Positions 37,023-51,271 of a stretch of DNA of 64,000 nucleotides are shown piece after piece. Made by a program: the position numbers and the translations under genes. How positions within the stretch are numbered: position 1 is the first letter of the stretch; every line of letters begins with the position of its first letter. Under the pieces are notes generated by a model, which saw only the letters and a list, made by a program, of their open reading frames with translations, was not told the DNA's origin and did not search any database. Source of the stretch: Nageia nagi (taxonomy: Eukaryota; Plantae; Pinophyta); assembly GCA_050084985.1 (NCBI GenBank), contig JBITNC010000001.1:169384001-169448000 (forward strand). The letters run 5' to 3'.

Positions 37023-37114
37023 GTGTTGCACCAAAGACAAAGGGTTACATCTGGTGGCCTCAAGATTAAAGATGTCAATGATTTACTGGACCGATTGGCA
37101 ACAGTTGAAAGCAG
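37023..37114 (+). CDS. LIG4: DNA ligase IV, exon 2
   Basis: tttcag|VLHQRQRVTSGGLKIKDVNDLLDRLATVES(R)|gttcac. 92 nt, phase-compatible with exons 1 and 3. Absent from the ORF track. Confidence 0.93.
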
Positions 37115-38041
37115 GTTCACTGATAATTATTTGTGTTTGTAACTTGTAATGTGCTTATGTAGTAAATAAGAATTAAATTGATGTTCCAATTTTGAAATGG
37201 ATGGTTTTGTTAACTGGGTGAACAAAGTAACCATTTCTTCTTTAACAGTTAACTTTCAAGTAACCATTATCTAAATACCTTTTTCTACATAAGCAATAAA
37301 GCTTATATAACATGAATACATAACTTGAAAAGAAAGTTTGTCATGTTTAAAAGTATATAAAGCGAATATATATGAACAAAATGCCGAATTGAAGCTAAGC
37401 AAGGGTTATGAAAAAGGAAAAGACCATCATTATCAAATAAAAAGAGGGAGTAAAAAATCATCAGAAGAAAAAGCCAAAGATCTAAAGAACTCTAAGATTT
37501 AGATAGATTCATGCCAAGCAAAGCTTAAGTTTGGATACAAATTTTCACAAGCCAGATGGGAACAAATTTGACATACTGCATACATTTACTTGCAGCAGAA
37601 CATGTGAATCATTTCTGATGAATTTACTCTGTTTAAAGTCCTTCTCTGATAGGTTTGGATTTATGAAAGTATCGAATCATAGTAGTTTGAGAGCTTGATG
37701 CATGATGATCTCCATGATAGAGGTATATTTTTGACCTCTAAAATTAATTTATAAGACCACATAGTAGAGTAGAAGTTTTTTTGTTGAAACCAGACCAATC
37801 ATCAGTAAGTTTTTTGGTGAATATATGACCATCTAAGATATGATTAATGCCAAATGACATGCTTGTTGAGATGACAACATGTGAAAACTGTATTATGTAG
37901 GTGTAGACACAAAATAAAGAGCAATTTATTAAAATGAATACATTTATTTGTCGTCTAAAAAAATAAATTAATAGCTAAATTGGAGCACATCAATCCAACA
38001 ACTAGGATTTTACAAATTGACAAGAAGATATACAAAGAACT

Positions 38042-39892
38042 TGTTGGGGGCTTTTTCTTTCCTACCCCTTGTAGGTTAGCAAATGTTATCGCAAGGCTTG
38101 TAGAAAGAATCTGACACCTGAGTGGTAGGGCGTTACCCCTACCCGCTATGAGGACTTTTACCTCAAAGGTTTCGAAATGGAGGGTGCAAGGGTTCACTCA
38201 GGCGAAAAGGTGGAGATGTTTAAGCTATTGCCAACTCAAAATATAATTTTGTTAATCAAGGACTCAAAGGGTCTCTAATCCAAGTATAATTGTTTCTCAA
38301 AAAAGGGAAAATAAAAAAATAGTTTGTTGCAAAAGCCGCACAAAGTAAATTAAAAGAAAGCAAAAATAAAAGGAGTGAAAAGACAGTGATATATGAGTTG
38401 GGCTCCTAGGCTATGTTTTCAATAATAGATCAAATCGAACTTGTGCGCGCTTGATATAAGTTCCACGCACCCTAATTCCAGCTCGAAAGGCGACAAGATG
38501 AATGTCCTGACGAGAGGAGCTTGGCGCTAAGGCAATGAAAGAAAGGTGAGGCGTGGGTAAGACTCAATCCTGGGGTGAAGTTCTTTTGCTAAACGACATA
38601 CACAAGTCATCTTAGAACACATCAATCCTAAGTGCAAACTATAAAAGATTACTATGAAACACTTCTTGAAATATTTCGAAAAGATATGCAAGCACTCTTT
38701 TATCCACTTATTAGGTTTATAAAATGACTCAAATATTCAAGATAGCATTAACATGTAATACTCATTCACATTCATAGTTCCAAATGAAAGACAAGCTCAC
38801 TTCAATTCCTTGAAAGCATATCACAATTGCGAGTGTGTATGCTTCCAACGTTGGGTCTCATGCCTTCATGCTTGCTTGCCTTGATCACCTAACTCACCCA
38901 GTAACCTGATTTTTCCTGATTTTTGGTCTTCTGGTCGGTTGGACTTGTCAATTTTGATATTTCATTTCAACCTGGGCAACCTGTGGGCTTGGTGCATGCT
39001 TCCAAAAGTCAAGATTTTGTCTTTTTGAAGCATGGGCCAGCCTCCAATTGGCCTATTTTCCGGAATTTGATCTTCAAGCGCTCATGCCTTAGTCAAATTT
39101 TTGCGTTTCTCGAATCTTGGAGGCTTCCTGGGCTTGGTGTATGTCTCAAAAAGTCAAGAATTTGTCTTTTGAGACCATGCACCAACCCCTTTGGGTATGC
39201 TTGAGTTGTTCTTGAGTTTCTTGGGTCTGGGATTTGTCAGATTTTCCGCTTTGCTCGAATTGGCAGCCTTTCTAGGCTTGGCGCATGGTTCAAAAAGACG
39301 ATTTTATCTTTTTGAAGCATGCACCAGCCTCCTGAATGACTCATGATCATTTTCTGACCTTTGAACTTGCTCATCTTGCCCTCTTGGCCAAGTCGCATTG
39401 TTCAAAAAGACAAGATTTTGTCTTTTGAAACCATGCACCAGCCTTGTAGTGCCTTTGCCTTGGGTTTTTCGTGCTTACTTTGGCTCCATTCCGCTCCCTG
39501 TGTTTGGTGCATGTCCAAGAAAGACAAGGTTTTATCTCTTGGAGGCATGCGCTGGGCTTGCAAGTGCACAGATTCCGTTCTCGAGCCTTCCCTCTTGTTT
39601 GGATGACGCCTAGTCCGAGTCTCATGGTTCAAGAAGACAAGATTTTGTCGTTTTGAAGCATGCGCCAACTCTTGGAGATGCCCAGTGTGCTTTGGTTGGG
39701 CTCCGACTCTTCCTAGACTCCCTAGTTCACCTAAGATCGACTTTTACCCTTCCTAGACTTAGCCATTTTTAAGGATCTTGAAATTTTTATCTTGACATGA
39801 TTAACCCTAGACGAAGGAAGAGGCTTGAACTATAAGGAGTTGTTCATGAATCGGGTCTTTGAGACGCAACTTGGGTGGGACTGATGACAACA
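38042..39892 (-). mobile_element. 1.85-kb solo-LTR-like derivative of the long Tat-like LTR, lacking the TATA box and ORF
   Basis: TGTTG...CAACA termini. 38042-38830 matches the LTR end at 25400-26159. Six AAAAGACAA..TTGTCTTTT palindromes at 38990-39665. No clean TSD. Confidence 0.82.
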
Positions 39893-40105
39893 AAAGCCTA
39901 GCTCAACGTTAAAACATAAATTTCCTTTTAATTTTTTTACATTGTTTCATTCCCAAATGCATGACAGAGGAGAGAAAGACAAAAACACTGCTGCAACAAG
40001 ATTTTTCCTTCTTGTGATTGATCTTTTTCAAGTTTGTAGGAATCTTGCACCCACCAAAATCCAAAAATACCCATCCAAAGTTGGATTTTGAGGTACGTAA
40101 AACTG

Positions 40106-40282
40106 TTTTCCAGTTGCAAAACCCTAGGATGAAATGTAATATCCTTTAAAAACAATCAACCCTTTTTCCATTTGCAAAACCCTAGGATGAAATGTAATAT
40201 CCTTTAAAAACATTAAACCTTTTTTTCAGTTGCAAAATCTGAGGATGAAATGTAATATCCTTTAAAAACATTCAACCCTTTT
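40106..40282. repeat. Tandem repeat, 3 x ~58 bp
   Basis: TTGCAAAACCCTAGGATGAAATGTAATATCCTTTAAAAACA occurs three times. Confidence 0.9.
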
Positions 40283-40699
40283 AGCATTTAAACTTGGGAA
40301 TGAATGTGGGCTGCAAGATACCATACCAACTGTAAATATATCTTGTTGGAGCCTTGAGTTACATGGAAAATTTGTGTATGCTAGTTGAAGATTTGAATGG
40401 AATTGAGAGTCTGAGACAAAGTCTTCAGCTATGCATAATGTTAGTGTACAGAAACATTGCCATACAATTACAAAAATATCACCATTTTTAGTTGAAAATT
40501 CAGCTTTATAAAAAATACAACAGATTGCTAAATATGTAATTTGTGCTCTAAGAATAGATGTAAAATAGTTTCCAAAATGATAATTATATTTAACACGTTT
40601 GAGCCCGAAGCTAGTTATGCAAATCATGATCTACTGGTATATAAAAAAAAATACTTTTGCTGTACAAACCTACAAGGATTATAGAGTTAGGAATTTGAT

Positions 40700-43390
40700 T
40701 ACAGTCCTCAAAATTGTTGACAATCCTCTATAGATTAAAGTCTTAGACAGTTGACTGTCCTCAAACAAAATGCATACTTGACAGTTGACAGTCCTCTATT
40801 GTTGACAGTCCTAAAACGCTGACAGTCTTCTATTTTTGACCACTTGACAGTCCTCAAAATCTGACAGCGTTTTATGTATTGACAAAAATTTAAAAGCATT
40901 TTTTTCCAAGTGCTATACTTTGTTCTTGTTGATTATTTCCATGTGCAGCTATAGGAGAATGGCAGGGATTGGAGGAAAATATCCATTGTGGAAATACACA
41001 AAAGAAGGGGGTAAAAATGAGAAAGTATTATGCAATTTCTGTGAACAAAATTTTTATGGAGGCATAAACTACCTCAAACATCATTGGCAAGACAAGAAGG
41101 AAATTATGTTAGACTATGCTTCAAGGTGCCAATGGATGTTGAATGAGAATGCAATGCACTTCTCGTGGACTACTTAAAGAAGAGGGAACTGAATAAAAAA
41201 TTGAGTGAGGCCATGGCAACTTCCCTTCCTAAGCTTAAGCAGAGGCTATTGGTAGCACCTTTAGCCGGCTTTTTCATCAAAGTGTCTCCACTCCATTGGT
41301 TGCACACCCTGGAAGTGGCACATACAATTCATATTTTGCAGAACATTCCATGCTAGGGTCACAACCCTTTTCTAAGGGGTATGACTATTTGCAATGAGGA
41401 GAGGCAAATGGCAACAAAGAAAACCATTGCAAATTTTGGTACTTTTTTTGACCTTTTATTCAATGTGGCAAGGTCTCCATACTTGTGGGCTAACTTACTA
41501 GATTCGCGTTCGAGTTCGAAAAATTCGACATTAAATTCGATAGGGTCCAAAAATTCGGTACGAACTTCGACATTTAATTTGATATAGTAAAAACATGCTA
41601 AAATATTTGTATATACATATTAAAAATTAGAATATTGTACACATCCTTGAGAAAAAAATTCTGCATTAAATTCAACATAGTATAAACATGCTAAAATATT
41701 ATAAAATAATAAATATTCATGTTTATTATCATATTTTATATAAAAAATATTTAATTAAAATTTGTATTTATGTTAAATAATTAATATCTATGAATTTTAT
41801 CAAATTATATATTTAAGTTTAAAATTTTAATATTAAAAAAAATATAACATTAAATTTTTTAAAATTAACAAGTTTTTCAATAGAAATAATAATATTTTAA
41901 TTAAAATTTATCTCTATTTATTATTTAAAAGATTAAATTGATAGTTATAATTTTTTTAAATTGTATATCAATTTTTTTTAAAAATTAATATTTAAAAACA
42001 TTAGACGCTTTAAATTTAATAAATAAATGAAGTTGGAAAAAAAAACCCAAAAAAAAAAACTAAAATGAAATTAATGAAAAGAAACTAAAACGAAACAAAA
42101 AAATTGAAATGAAATTTTAAAAAATAACCTAAAACAAAATAAATAATTAAAAAAATCAAATTATTATAAAAACGAAAAATTTAAATAAATAATGATAATA
42201 GGAAGATTTGGCAATAATATGTAAAATCATCTTTCAAAAAAAATTATTACAGAAAAATTGGATGCTAGTTAGGAGAGGTGCGCTAGCATTTGCCTATATC
42301 AAAATCTGTTGGAAAGGGATTTCTCTAGTTTTGGGGTTGTGTCCAATTGGGGAGGCCGTAGTAGTAATGAATGAGACCGAATGAACACAATATGTGATAA
42401 AGACATGGTAGGATGGCTTAACTAGTCTTCTAGTAGCATTCTCCCCGAAATAAGAGGTTGAAGCAGATCTCGATTGATCGATAGAAAAATTGAAGGGATC
42501 TAGGAAATAAGAAAGACATGAATGGGCCACAAATGTAAGCGGTTAGGGTTTAGGGTGCACGATAAATCCCCCAATGTGGCTGATCAACCACCAGATGAAT
42601 GATCATGCCTGTTGTAAATTGGGACCATGTGCAGTTGCGTCGGCCTGTGCAGCCTTCAATAGTGCTGTTTGGGACAAAAAAAATTACCAATGTAGAAGAA
42701 ATAAATTTTAAAAGCAAATTTTTGAAGAAAATCGGTGAAGAAAATCGTTTGGTTTGAGATTCATCGAATTTTGAATCTTATGGCCAAAATTCCACTAATT
42801 GTGTAACTAAGCTCATAGGGACTTGTGGGGTTGGATTTAGGATGGCTACTCACGATGATCTTAGGGGCCATCTCCTTTGTGAATTTGTGGATGACATTCA
42901 AGTTTTGCTTGATGATCATTGCAAAGAGTGGAGGAAGAGGGGTTGGACTATCATGTTTGATGGGTGGATTGACACCAAAAACAAGACATTAATTAGCTTT
43001 TTGGTTGCTTCTTTAGAAAGAATTGTATTTCTTAAATCAATGGATGCATCAACACAAGATTGGCACTCTTGCATAGTTGTTGGGAGAGGTTGTCTTAGAG
43101 GTGGGAGTGGAGTGTTGTTAAGGTCATCGTGGACAATGTGACAACATATGTAGCAGTAGGGAGGATGTTGGAGGAGAGATTTTCCACCTTATTTTGGACA
43201 CCATATGCAGCCCATTGTCTCGATTTGCTACTCAAAAGACATTGGCAAACTACCTTGGGTAGTGGAGGTTGTGTAGAAGGCCAGGACTATCACAAAATAC
43301 ATTTACAACCATTCTATTGATGAGGCAATTTACTAGCAAGAGGGAGCTAGTGTGGGTTGGAGTGACATGCTTCATCACAAATTTTGTGAC
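40700..43390 (+). mobile_element. hAT transposase pseudogene (BED finger plus DUF659-type core), interrupted at ~41490-42793
   Basis: PLWKY..VLCNFCEQNFYGGINYLKHH; FNVARSPY; GWTIMFDGWID..LISFLV; FWTPYAAHCLDLLL. Short TGACAGTCCTC repeats lie upstream. Confidence 0.88.
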
Positions 43391-46300
43391 ATTAATAGAA
43401 CAATAGTATATCTATTAGTAGAACAATGATACATCTATTAATAGAACACCAATACATCTAATAATAGCCACCATGCATGTATATACACACATACATGCTC
43501 ATATATGAATTCTCATTCATCAAATATGCATCTACATTCATGCATGTTGTAGAAAATTGAAGATTTGGATATTGACTTCACCTCCTAACAGTCTCACACT
43601 TGATGTTGATATAGATGAGTTCCTTGCCTATGTTTTCCCATCCTAGTTCAAATTGTCCAATGCTACTCTCATCACATTTTCAGCAAGCTGTAATAAATAA
43701 CAACATTCAAAGTCCCGGTTGAAAAATGATGCAAAATCTTTTCCAAGATTTAAATGTTGTCCTTAACTCTTTACTCACGCCCATACCCTACTGCAGCTTT
43801 TTGAATGTTGTAGCATGGTGCTTCATTCCTCTTTAAGGCATTTTGATAGGTGGTCAGCCATTTATTATTTTGGTTTCAGGGTCTGTTGTAAAAAAATAGA
43901 TCTAGAGGAGCCTATTTGCAAAGAGAGCCCATTTGGAAGAAGAATCCATTGCATTTTGGTGTGTAGTCTTGTGTATTTTCGTATCCCTCTTTAATCTTGC
44001 TGGTTTGGGATCATTTCAGCTGCAGTCTATTAACTTTTTCTTCAGTTTGCAGGTTGGAAACCAATGAAAAACATAGCTGTTGTGTTTAGCTACTTTGTGG
44101 GCATTTTGTAAAACAAAATAGTGCCTATTTTATGTTGAAATTGAGGGTGATCCTTGGCTACAACCTTGGGGGTGTTTGTTCTTGTGTGCTTTTTTGGATA
44201 GCCTTTGTTATTTATGCTATAATCTTTCCAAGTTGTAATTATACGTATTTTATATATTGTATGTAAGTTTCAGATCCATTGGAATAGAGGAAATCCCTTT
44301 TCCAAGCTTTTTGTCTTCATATCTTTTGGCTTGTCCATTTTTTTTTCCAGTTTTGGGCAAAAAGACTGAGTAGCCTACTTTGGAGTTTAATAAGTGTTAC
44401 TTTGTTTGCAGATCATAATATATGTTTGGAAAGTACTTAGAAAGATCTTTCCATACATATAACACATGCTCTAATTTATGCATGTTTGATGCTTATTTTC
44501 AACCCTAAAAATCACGTTTTAGCCTTTTTTCTGCCTAGACTTTGGTTCTTCCTGTAATGTTCAGAACTCTAGTGCTCCTAAATCTCAAGTTCAATATTTG
44601 ATGTTTTTACCTTTTTGGATACCTATTATTGAGTTCTTTCTAACTATACTTGTTTGCCTCATTCTGAGCTCATTTGGTTTTCTGTTTGTCAACTTTGGTG
44701 CTCAACTCTGTAACTCTAACGCTCTGCTTTGTAACTCTAGCACTCTGCTGAGTGACTCTAGTGCTCTTTGTTTTTGAGTTGTTTTGCTTCCACTATTGTG
44801 GCATAAATTACATTTGGTATCAGAGCAGGTTCAGTTACTTGTTGGGGTTATAATGGCTCTTTACAGTGCATCTATGAACATTCCACTATTCGAAGGAGAG
44901 TACTTTGGATATTGGTTATAATGGCTCTTTATAGTGCATCTATGAACATTCCACTATTCGAAGGAGAAAACTTTGAATATTGGAAAGATCAGTTGACGAG
45001 AATTCTTGTGTGAAAAGGAATAAGAGACAACATTATTGTAGGCTATGTGGCTCCAGTTGATTGGAGTACTTTGACTCAGGATGAGAAGACCAGAAAGAAA
45101 GAAGAAGAGAAGGCAGATGCACAAGCATTCTTATACATCCAAAGTGCTATTGACACTAGCATCTATCCTCGTATTGACAGTTGTAAAAATGCAACAAAAG
45201 CATGGACAAACTTGAAAACTTCTTACCAATGAACAAAGAAGGTAAGGATAGCTAAACTTCAAACATTGAAGATGCAATTTGAAAATATAAGAATGGAGGA
45301 GGGAGAAAGTGTTGGAGTTGATTGTGTCAAGGTAAATGACACGGTGCATAAGATGCAAGTCTACGGTGAAACCATTCAAGAGAGTGTAGTTGTCAAGATG
45401 ATCTTAAGATCCTTGACATCAAGGTGGATGCACATTGATTTCACTTTCTAGGAATGCAAGGATTTAGACACCTTAAAAGTTGAAGAGCTGGTTGGTTCAC
45501 TTTTATCTAGTGAAGATAAAAATGAAAGACTACACCAAGGAGTTAAAAGAAGCTCTTGAGACTAGGATGACGTTAGAAAACAACAACCAAAGAAGTCACC
45601 AAAGCCATGAATTGGTGGAGAAAGAACATCAGAAAATTGCAGTAAATTCAACATGGCAACTAATGACATGTGCTATGCTACGATTGAGGATTCAAGTTGG
45701 TTGTAGCATGAGAGGTACAGTCACCTCAATTTTGGCGGTCTTCACATTCTTCAACAAAAGGCATGGTACATGGACTACCAAAAGTGCAAGTGAAGAGAAA
45801 AGAAGTATGCAAGGGATGCATACTTGGAAAGCATCTTAGGGAAAGGTTTTCTCCTAGCAAGTGGAGAGCAAATCAACCATTGGAGCTGCTCCATTCTGAT
45901 TTATGTGGGCCAATGTCTTGTGCAAGTACTGGTAAAACCTTTACTTAATCACTTTCATTGATGTTTCAACTAGATATGTTTGGGTTTACTGTTTGAAGAG
46001 TAAAGATGAGGCATTTTCAGCCTTCAAGACATTGAAAGCTATGTCTGAGAATGAAAGTGGCAAATCTATCAAGTGTTTGAGGATTGATAGAGGTGGAGAA
46101 TTTTGCTTCAAGGAGTTTCTTGACTACTGTTCTTCTTATGGCATCAAAAGGCAACCAATAGCCCCTTATACACCACAACAAAATTGTATAGCAGAGAGAA
46201 GAAAAAGGACAATAGTTGAACAAGACAGAAGCGTGCTTGAAAGCAAAGGTTTAGGGAGGATGTATTGGGGTGAAGCAATGGTTATAGCTGTTTACATACT

Positions 46301-49300
46301 CAATAGAAGTTATACACTGGCCATAAAGAACAAAACTCCTTACGAAGCTTGGCATGGTAAGAAACCAAGTGTTGCACATTTTAGAATATTTGTTTGTTTA
46401 GTATATGTGGATGTTGATGATGAAAAGAGAAAGAAATTGGATTCCAAAAGTGAACCTCATATATTCATAGGTTATAGTGATCATAGCAAGGCATACAAGT
46501 TCTATAATCCTAAAACTAAATAGACCATTATTTCTCGGGATGTTATGTTTGTTGAGAATGGTGTGTATGATGATAACTATAAAAATAGAAATGAGGATAC
46601 AAATGAAGGGGGGCATTCTATGGCTTAGTATTTGAAGAAAGAGGATGTACAGTCCACTACATCAGCACCTGTTGAAGCAATTCCTACTCCATCATCAAGT
46701 AGCTTACCTTCTACATCCCAAGGAGGAATGTTTAAAAGGTTGTTAGGCTCACAGCCATCTTCATAGATTTTCGATCAGAATTTTGAAAGAAGAATAACAA
46801 GACTTCAAGCAAGGCAAGGTAATGGAAATGAAGTTGTTGATTAAGTAACTTGTTTTGCTCTATCTTGTATTGCAAGTGAGTGTAGAAACTTTAATGAAGC
46901 TACAAAATGCAAAGAATGGGTTGAGGCAACGGAAAAGGAAATATTATTAGTAGAGAAAAATGAAACTTGGAATTTGGTACAACCACCAAAAGACAATGAT
47001 GTGATTGGAATCAAGTGGGTTTATAAAACAAATTCAATAGTGATGGGACTGTTGATAAGCATAAGGCAAGGTTAGTTGCCAAAGGCTTTGCCCCAACGTA
47101 TGGTGTTGTTATGAGGAGACATATGCTCTTGGTGCAAGGCATGACACCATTAGATTACTATTGGCATTAACAGCCCAAATAGGATGGAAAGTACATCAGC
47201 TAGATGTTAAGAGTGCTTTCCTAAATGGCGTCATAGATGAAGAGGTCTATGTGGAACAGCCACAAGGATTTGAAGTTGAAGGCAAAGAAAGTTGGGTGTA
47301 CAAATTGAATAAGGCGCTTTATGGTCTTAAGCAATCTCCTAGAGCTTGGTATTCAAGAATTGTTACATGGTTCTCGGATAATGGTTTTGTAAGAAGCAAA
47401 AATGAGCCTAGTTTGTACATAAAAACAGAGAATGTTAACTCTCTTTATGTTTGTCTACATGCTGATAATTTAATTGTTGTAGGTAGCTCCAAAGATATGT
47501 AAGAAAGCTTCAAGTTAGCTAAGATAGATGAGTTTGAAATGACCGATCTTAGATTGATGAAATACTTCCTTGTAGTGGAGGTTCAACAGTCACAAGGTGA
47601 ACTCTTCATTTGCCAATCCAAATATGTGCTTGAAATGTTGAAGAAATTTGGATTAGGTTACTGCAAATCTGTTGACACACCTATTGCAAGTGGTGAGGAG
47701 CTAGTGAGGGATGATGGAAGTCCCAAAGTTGATGAGAAAAGATATAGAAGCATGGTTAGCAACCTCATGTATTTTACTGCTACTAGACCTGATATCACTT
47801 TTGCAGTATCTCTTGTATCAAGATACATGACCAATCCTATTGAAAGACATCTTCAAGCTATGCAAAGGATTCTTGGGTATGTTAAGGGTACTTTTGATCA
47901 TGGAATCCATTATAGAACAGCTAAGGAGATTAGTTTGATTGGGTTCATAGATTCAGATTGGGGAGGTTGTGTTGACAATAGAAAGTCTACATCCAGCCAT
48001 TGTTTCAGTATTGGTAGTGGATTGGTTTCTTAGAGTTCTAAGAAACAGTCCATGGTTGCATTGTCATCAACTGAAGCTGAATACGTAGCTTTAACTTCAA
48101 TGTGCACTCAAGGAGTGTGGTTGTAACAATTTCTTGAGGATCTTGGAGAGACTCAAGAAGAGCCACTGAAAATGTTTTGTGATAATAGTGGGGCAATCCA
48201 ACTGTCCAAAAATCCTATTTTTCACGCAAGGACCAAACACAAGGAGCTTAAACATCATTTTGTGAGGATTAGTGCAACAGGGCAAAGTGAACGTTGAGTA
48301 TGTCAAGACATAAGATCAAGCAGTTGATATTTTGACCAAGGGATTGCTCAAGCAAGCTCACATCAAGCTAAAGACAAATTTGGACATTTATCCATTTTGC
48401 ATCAAAGGGAAGAATGTTGGAAAATGATGCAAAATTGTTTCTAATTTTTTTTTAAAATTTTGTGGTAGTTGAAGACTTAAATGTTGTCCTCAGCTTTTTA
48501 CTCGTGCCCATACCCTACTGCAACATTCTGAATGTCCTAGTGTGCTGCTCCATTCCTCTTTAAGGCATTCTGACAGGTGGGCAACCATTTATTATTTTGA
48601 TTTTACAGTCTGTTGTAAAAAAATAGAGTTTGATGCATCTATTTGCAAGGAGAGCCCATTTGGAAGAAGAGCCCATTACAGTTTGGTGTGTAGTCTTGTG
48701 TATTTTTGTAGCCCTCTTTGATCTTGCTGGTTTGGGATCATTTCAGCTGTAGTCTATTAGCTTTTGCTTCAGATTGCAGATTGGGAACCAGTGAAAAACT
48801 TAGCTGTTGTGGTTAGCTGCTTTGTGAGTATTTTGTAAGACAAAATAGTCCTGTTTTATGTTGAAATTGAATGTGATCCTTGGTGACAGCCCTAATGGTG
48901 TTTGTTTAACAGTTTGGAAACTTTACAGGCTTACCCAAAAGGCCCAAAAACATGGCTATAGTTTGTGGGTGTTTACTAATGTGTGTTTAACCATTGTTAT
49001 TTATTCTATAATTTTTCTAAGTTGTAGTATTCTGTATCTTTTACATTGTATGTAACTTTCAGATGCATTGGAATAGAGAAAATCCCTTTTCCAAGCTTTT
49101 GTCTTCATATTTTTTGGGATGCCCAATTTTTTCCATTTTTGGGCAAAAAGACTGAGTAGCTTACTTTGGAGTTTAATAACTTTTGTTCTGTTACTTCGTT
49201 TGCAGATCATGATACATGTTTGGAACGTACTTAGAAAGATCTTTCCATTCATATAGCACATGCTCTATTTCATGCATGTTTGATGCTTATTTCTCAGCTC

Positions 49301-50600
49301 TAAAAATCATGTTTTAACTTTATTTTTTTCCTAGACTCTGGTGCTTCCTGTAATGTTTAGAACTCTGGCGCTCCTAAACCTGAACTTCAATATTTAATGT
49401 GTTTACCTTTTTGGATACCCATTATTGAGTTCTTTCTAACCGTTCTTTGTTTGCCTCATTTTGAGCTCATTTGGTCATTTGTTTGTTGACTCTGGCACTC
49501 TGCTCTGTAACTCTGGTGCTCTGATTTGTAACTTTGGCGGTCTAGTTTGTAACTCCAGCGCTCTGCTGAGTGACTCTGGTGTTCATATTTTTTGAGTTAT
49601 TTTGCTTGCACTGTTGTGACATACATTTATAGTGCCCCTTAAGTGTCTGAATATCCACTTCATTGCAATCCAATTCTCTCTACTAAGATTTGCCATGAAC
49701 TGGTTGACAACTCTCACTGCTTGGGCAATGTTCGGTATAGTGTACAGTACAACAAACATGAGGCTTCCTACTGCTGATGAGTACGATATTAAAACATCCT
49801 TTTCTTCTTCTCTTCTGTACTACTTCACTTTTCAAAAGACAATTTGACGTGTGAAAGAAGTGGAGCACAAACTGGTTTTGCATTCTGCATGTTGAAGTGT
49901 TGCAAAATCTTTTCTTCATATGAATTTTGATATAACCAGATCTTCCTTCCTGTTCTATCCCTGTATATCCTCATTCCTAAAATTTGGTTTTTTGCTCTTA
50001 AATCCTTCATTTCAAATGTTCTAGCCATTTGAGCTATAAGTTCAATGATTTTCTTTATGCTAGCTCCTGCAACCAACATATCATCAACATATAATGACAA
50101 AATAATAAAATTACCATCATAAAATGTCTTATAATATGCACAATGGTCAGCTTCTCTTATTCTAAAACTTTGGCTCTCTATGAAGGTGTCAAATTTTCTG
50201 TACCACACCCTTGGCACCTGTTTCAAACCATACAAAGATTTCGTAAGTCTGCAAACTAAATTCTCCTTGCTTTTTCTTCATAACCTTCATGTTGATCCCT
50301 ATAGATCTCCTACTCGAGATCATCGTGCAGGAAAGTAGTTTTCACATTAAGCTGCCCTAACTTTAGATTCTGTGTTGCAAATAAAAGTGTAATAGTAGTT
50401 AGCTTCACAACTGGTGAAAAGATTTCATTAAAGTCTATACCTGACTTTTGCATATAATATTTTCCCACCAAGCAAGTTTTATATTCACTATCATCCTTAT
50501 TCATATCTACTTCAACAGGCGCAACCTTAGGTGTTTGTTGTTCCTCCTTCCTTCGCATGGATTTTTCATTAACAATAACGTCACGATTAATAATTGTAAT
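43390..50600 (-). mobile_element. Old deleted Ty1/copia element (Tnt1/Tork-like RT) hosting a younger copia
   Basis: GIDFNEIFSPVVKLTTI; YGLKQVPRVWY; LYVDDML; YSSAVGSLM..KWIFRHLRGT|LNVVIYY reads across the insertion. A PPT-like AAGTGTGAGAC precedes TGTTAG at 43590. Confidence 0.85.
43717..49631 (+). mobile_element. Near full-length decayed Ty1/copia element (LTRs 43717-44812 and 48415-49631)
   Basis: Paired ~1.1-1.2 kb LTRs. PBS TGGTATCAGAGC at 44815, PPT AAAGGGAAGAA at 48404. gag, integrase (LRIDRGGEF, YTPQQN), RT (QLDVKSAFLNG) and RNase H (DSDWGG, STEAEY) all carry stops. TSD GTCCC/GTGCC. Confidence 0.96.
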
Positions 50601-50825
50601 AATTACTAGTTACATGTTTTTTAAAATTATAGCCACATTTACAATATAAACACATTATTCTCTTAAGTGTAAAGTTTCTTTTCTTGCTGCATACACAGTG
50701 CTTTGCACTTTTTGTCTATAATATATTTTGATCGTCTTCCACAGAAAAGATCTAGCATTTGCTGTTGAAAAATGCAATCATTTTCTTGAGAACAACTTCG
50801 CTTTCTTAATACTTTATTGTGGCAG

Positions 50826-50911
50826 AGAGGAGAAAACTACAGTTCTGCAGGAGCTTATCAGCAAAACCAATGCCATGGAAATGAAGTGGATTTTGATGAT
50901 AATTTTAAAGG
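50826..50911 (+). CDS. LIG4: DNA ligase IV, exon 3
   Basis: ggcag|EEKTTVLQELISKTNAMEMKWILMIILK|gtaagc. 86 nt. Confidence 0.95.
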
Positions 50912-51134
50912 GTAAGCACCAAAGATAAGACATTGGGAGAAGAATTCATTCCATGCAAATAAATATGTTGATGAATATTAGTAATTCTAAATACTAAAAA
51001 CAGGACATAATGTGAAAAGAGTTTGACCTTGTTTACAATTATAGTTGGGAATTGCATAACTGACGATAAAGTTCTTTTATTTCTTATTTTTACATTTTCA
51101 GTTTTAATTCCATTATGACATGTTATCTTTTCAG

Positions 51135-51271
51135 ATATTAAGATGGGACTGAGTGAAAAGACTTTTTTCCATGAGTTTCATCCAGATGCAGAAGATATGT
51201 TCAATGTGACTTGTGACTTGAAGATGGTTTGTGAAAAACTTAAAGATCAAAATGAAAGGTTCAAAAGACAG
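51135..51271 (+). CDS. LIG4: DNA ligase IV, exon 4
   Basis: tttcag|DIKMGLSEKTFFHEFHPDAEDMFNVTCDLKMVCEKLKDQNERFKRQ|gtatgc. 137 nt. Confidence 0.95.

Noticed and set aside
42541-42556. GGTTAGGGTTTAGGGT as an interstitial telomere
   Set aside because: Only two units; such motifs are common in plant TEs.
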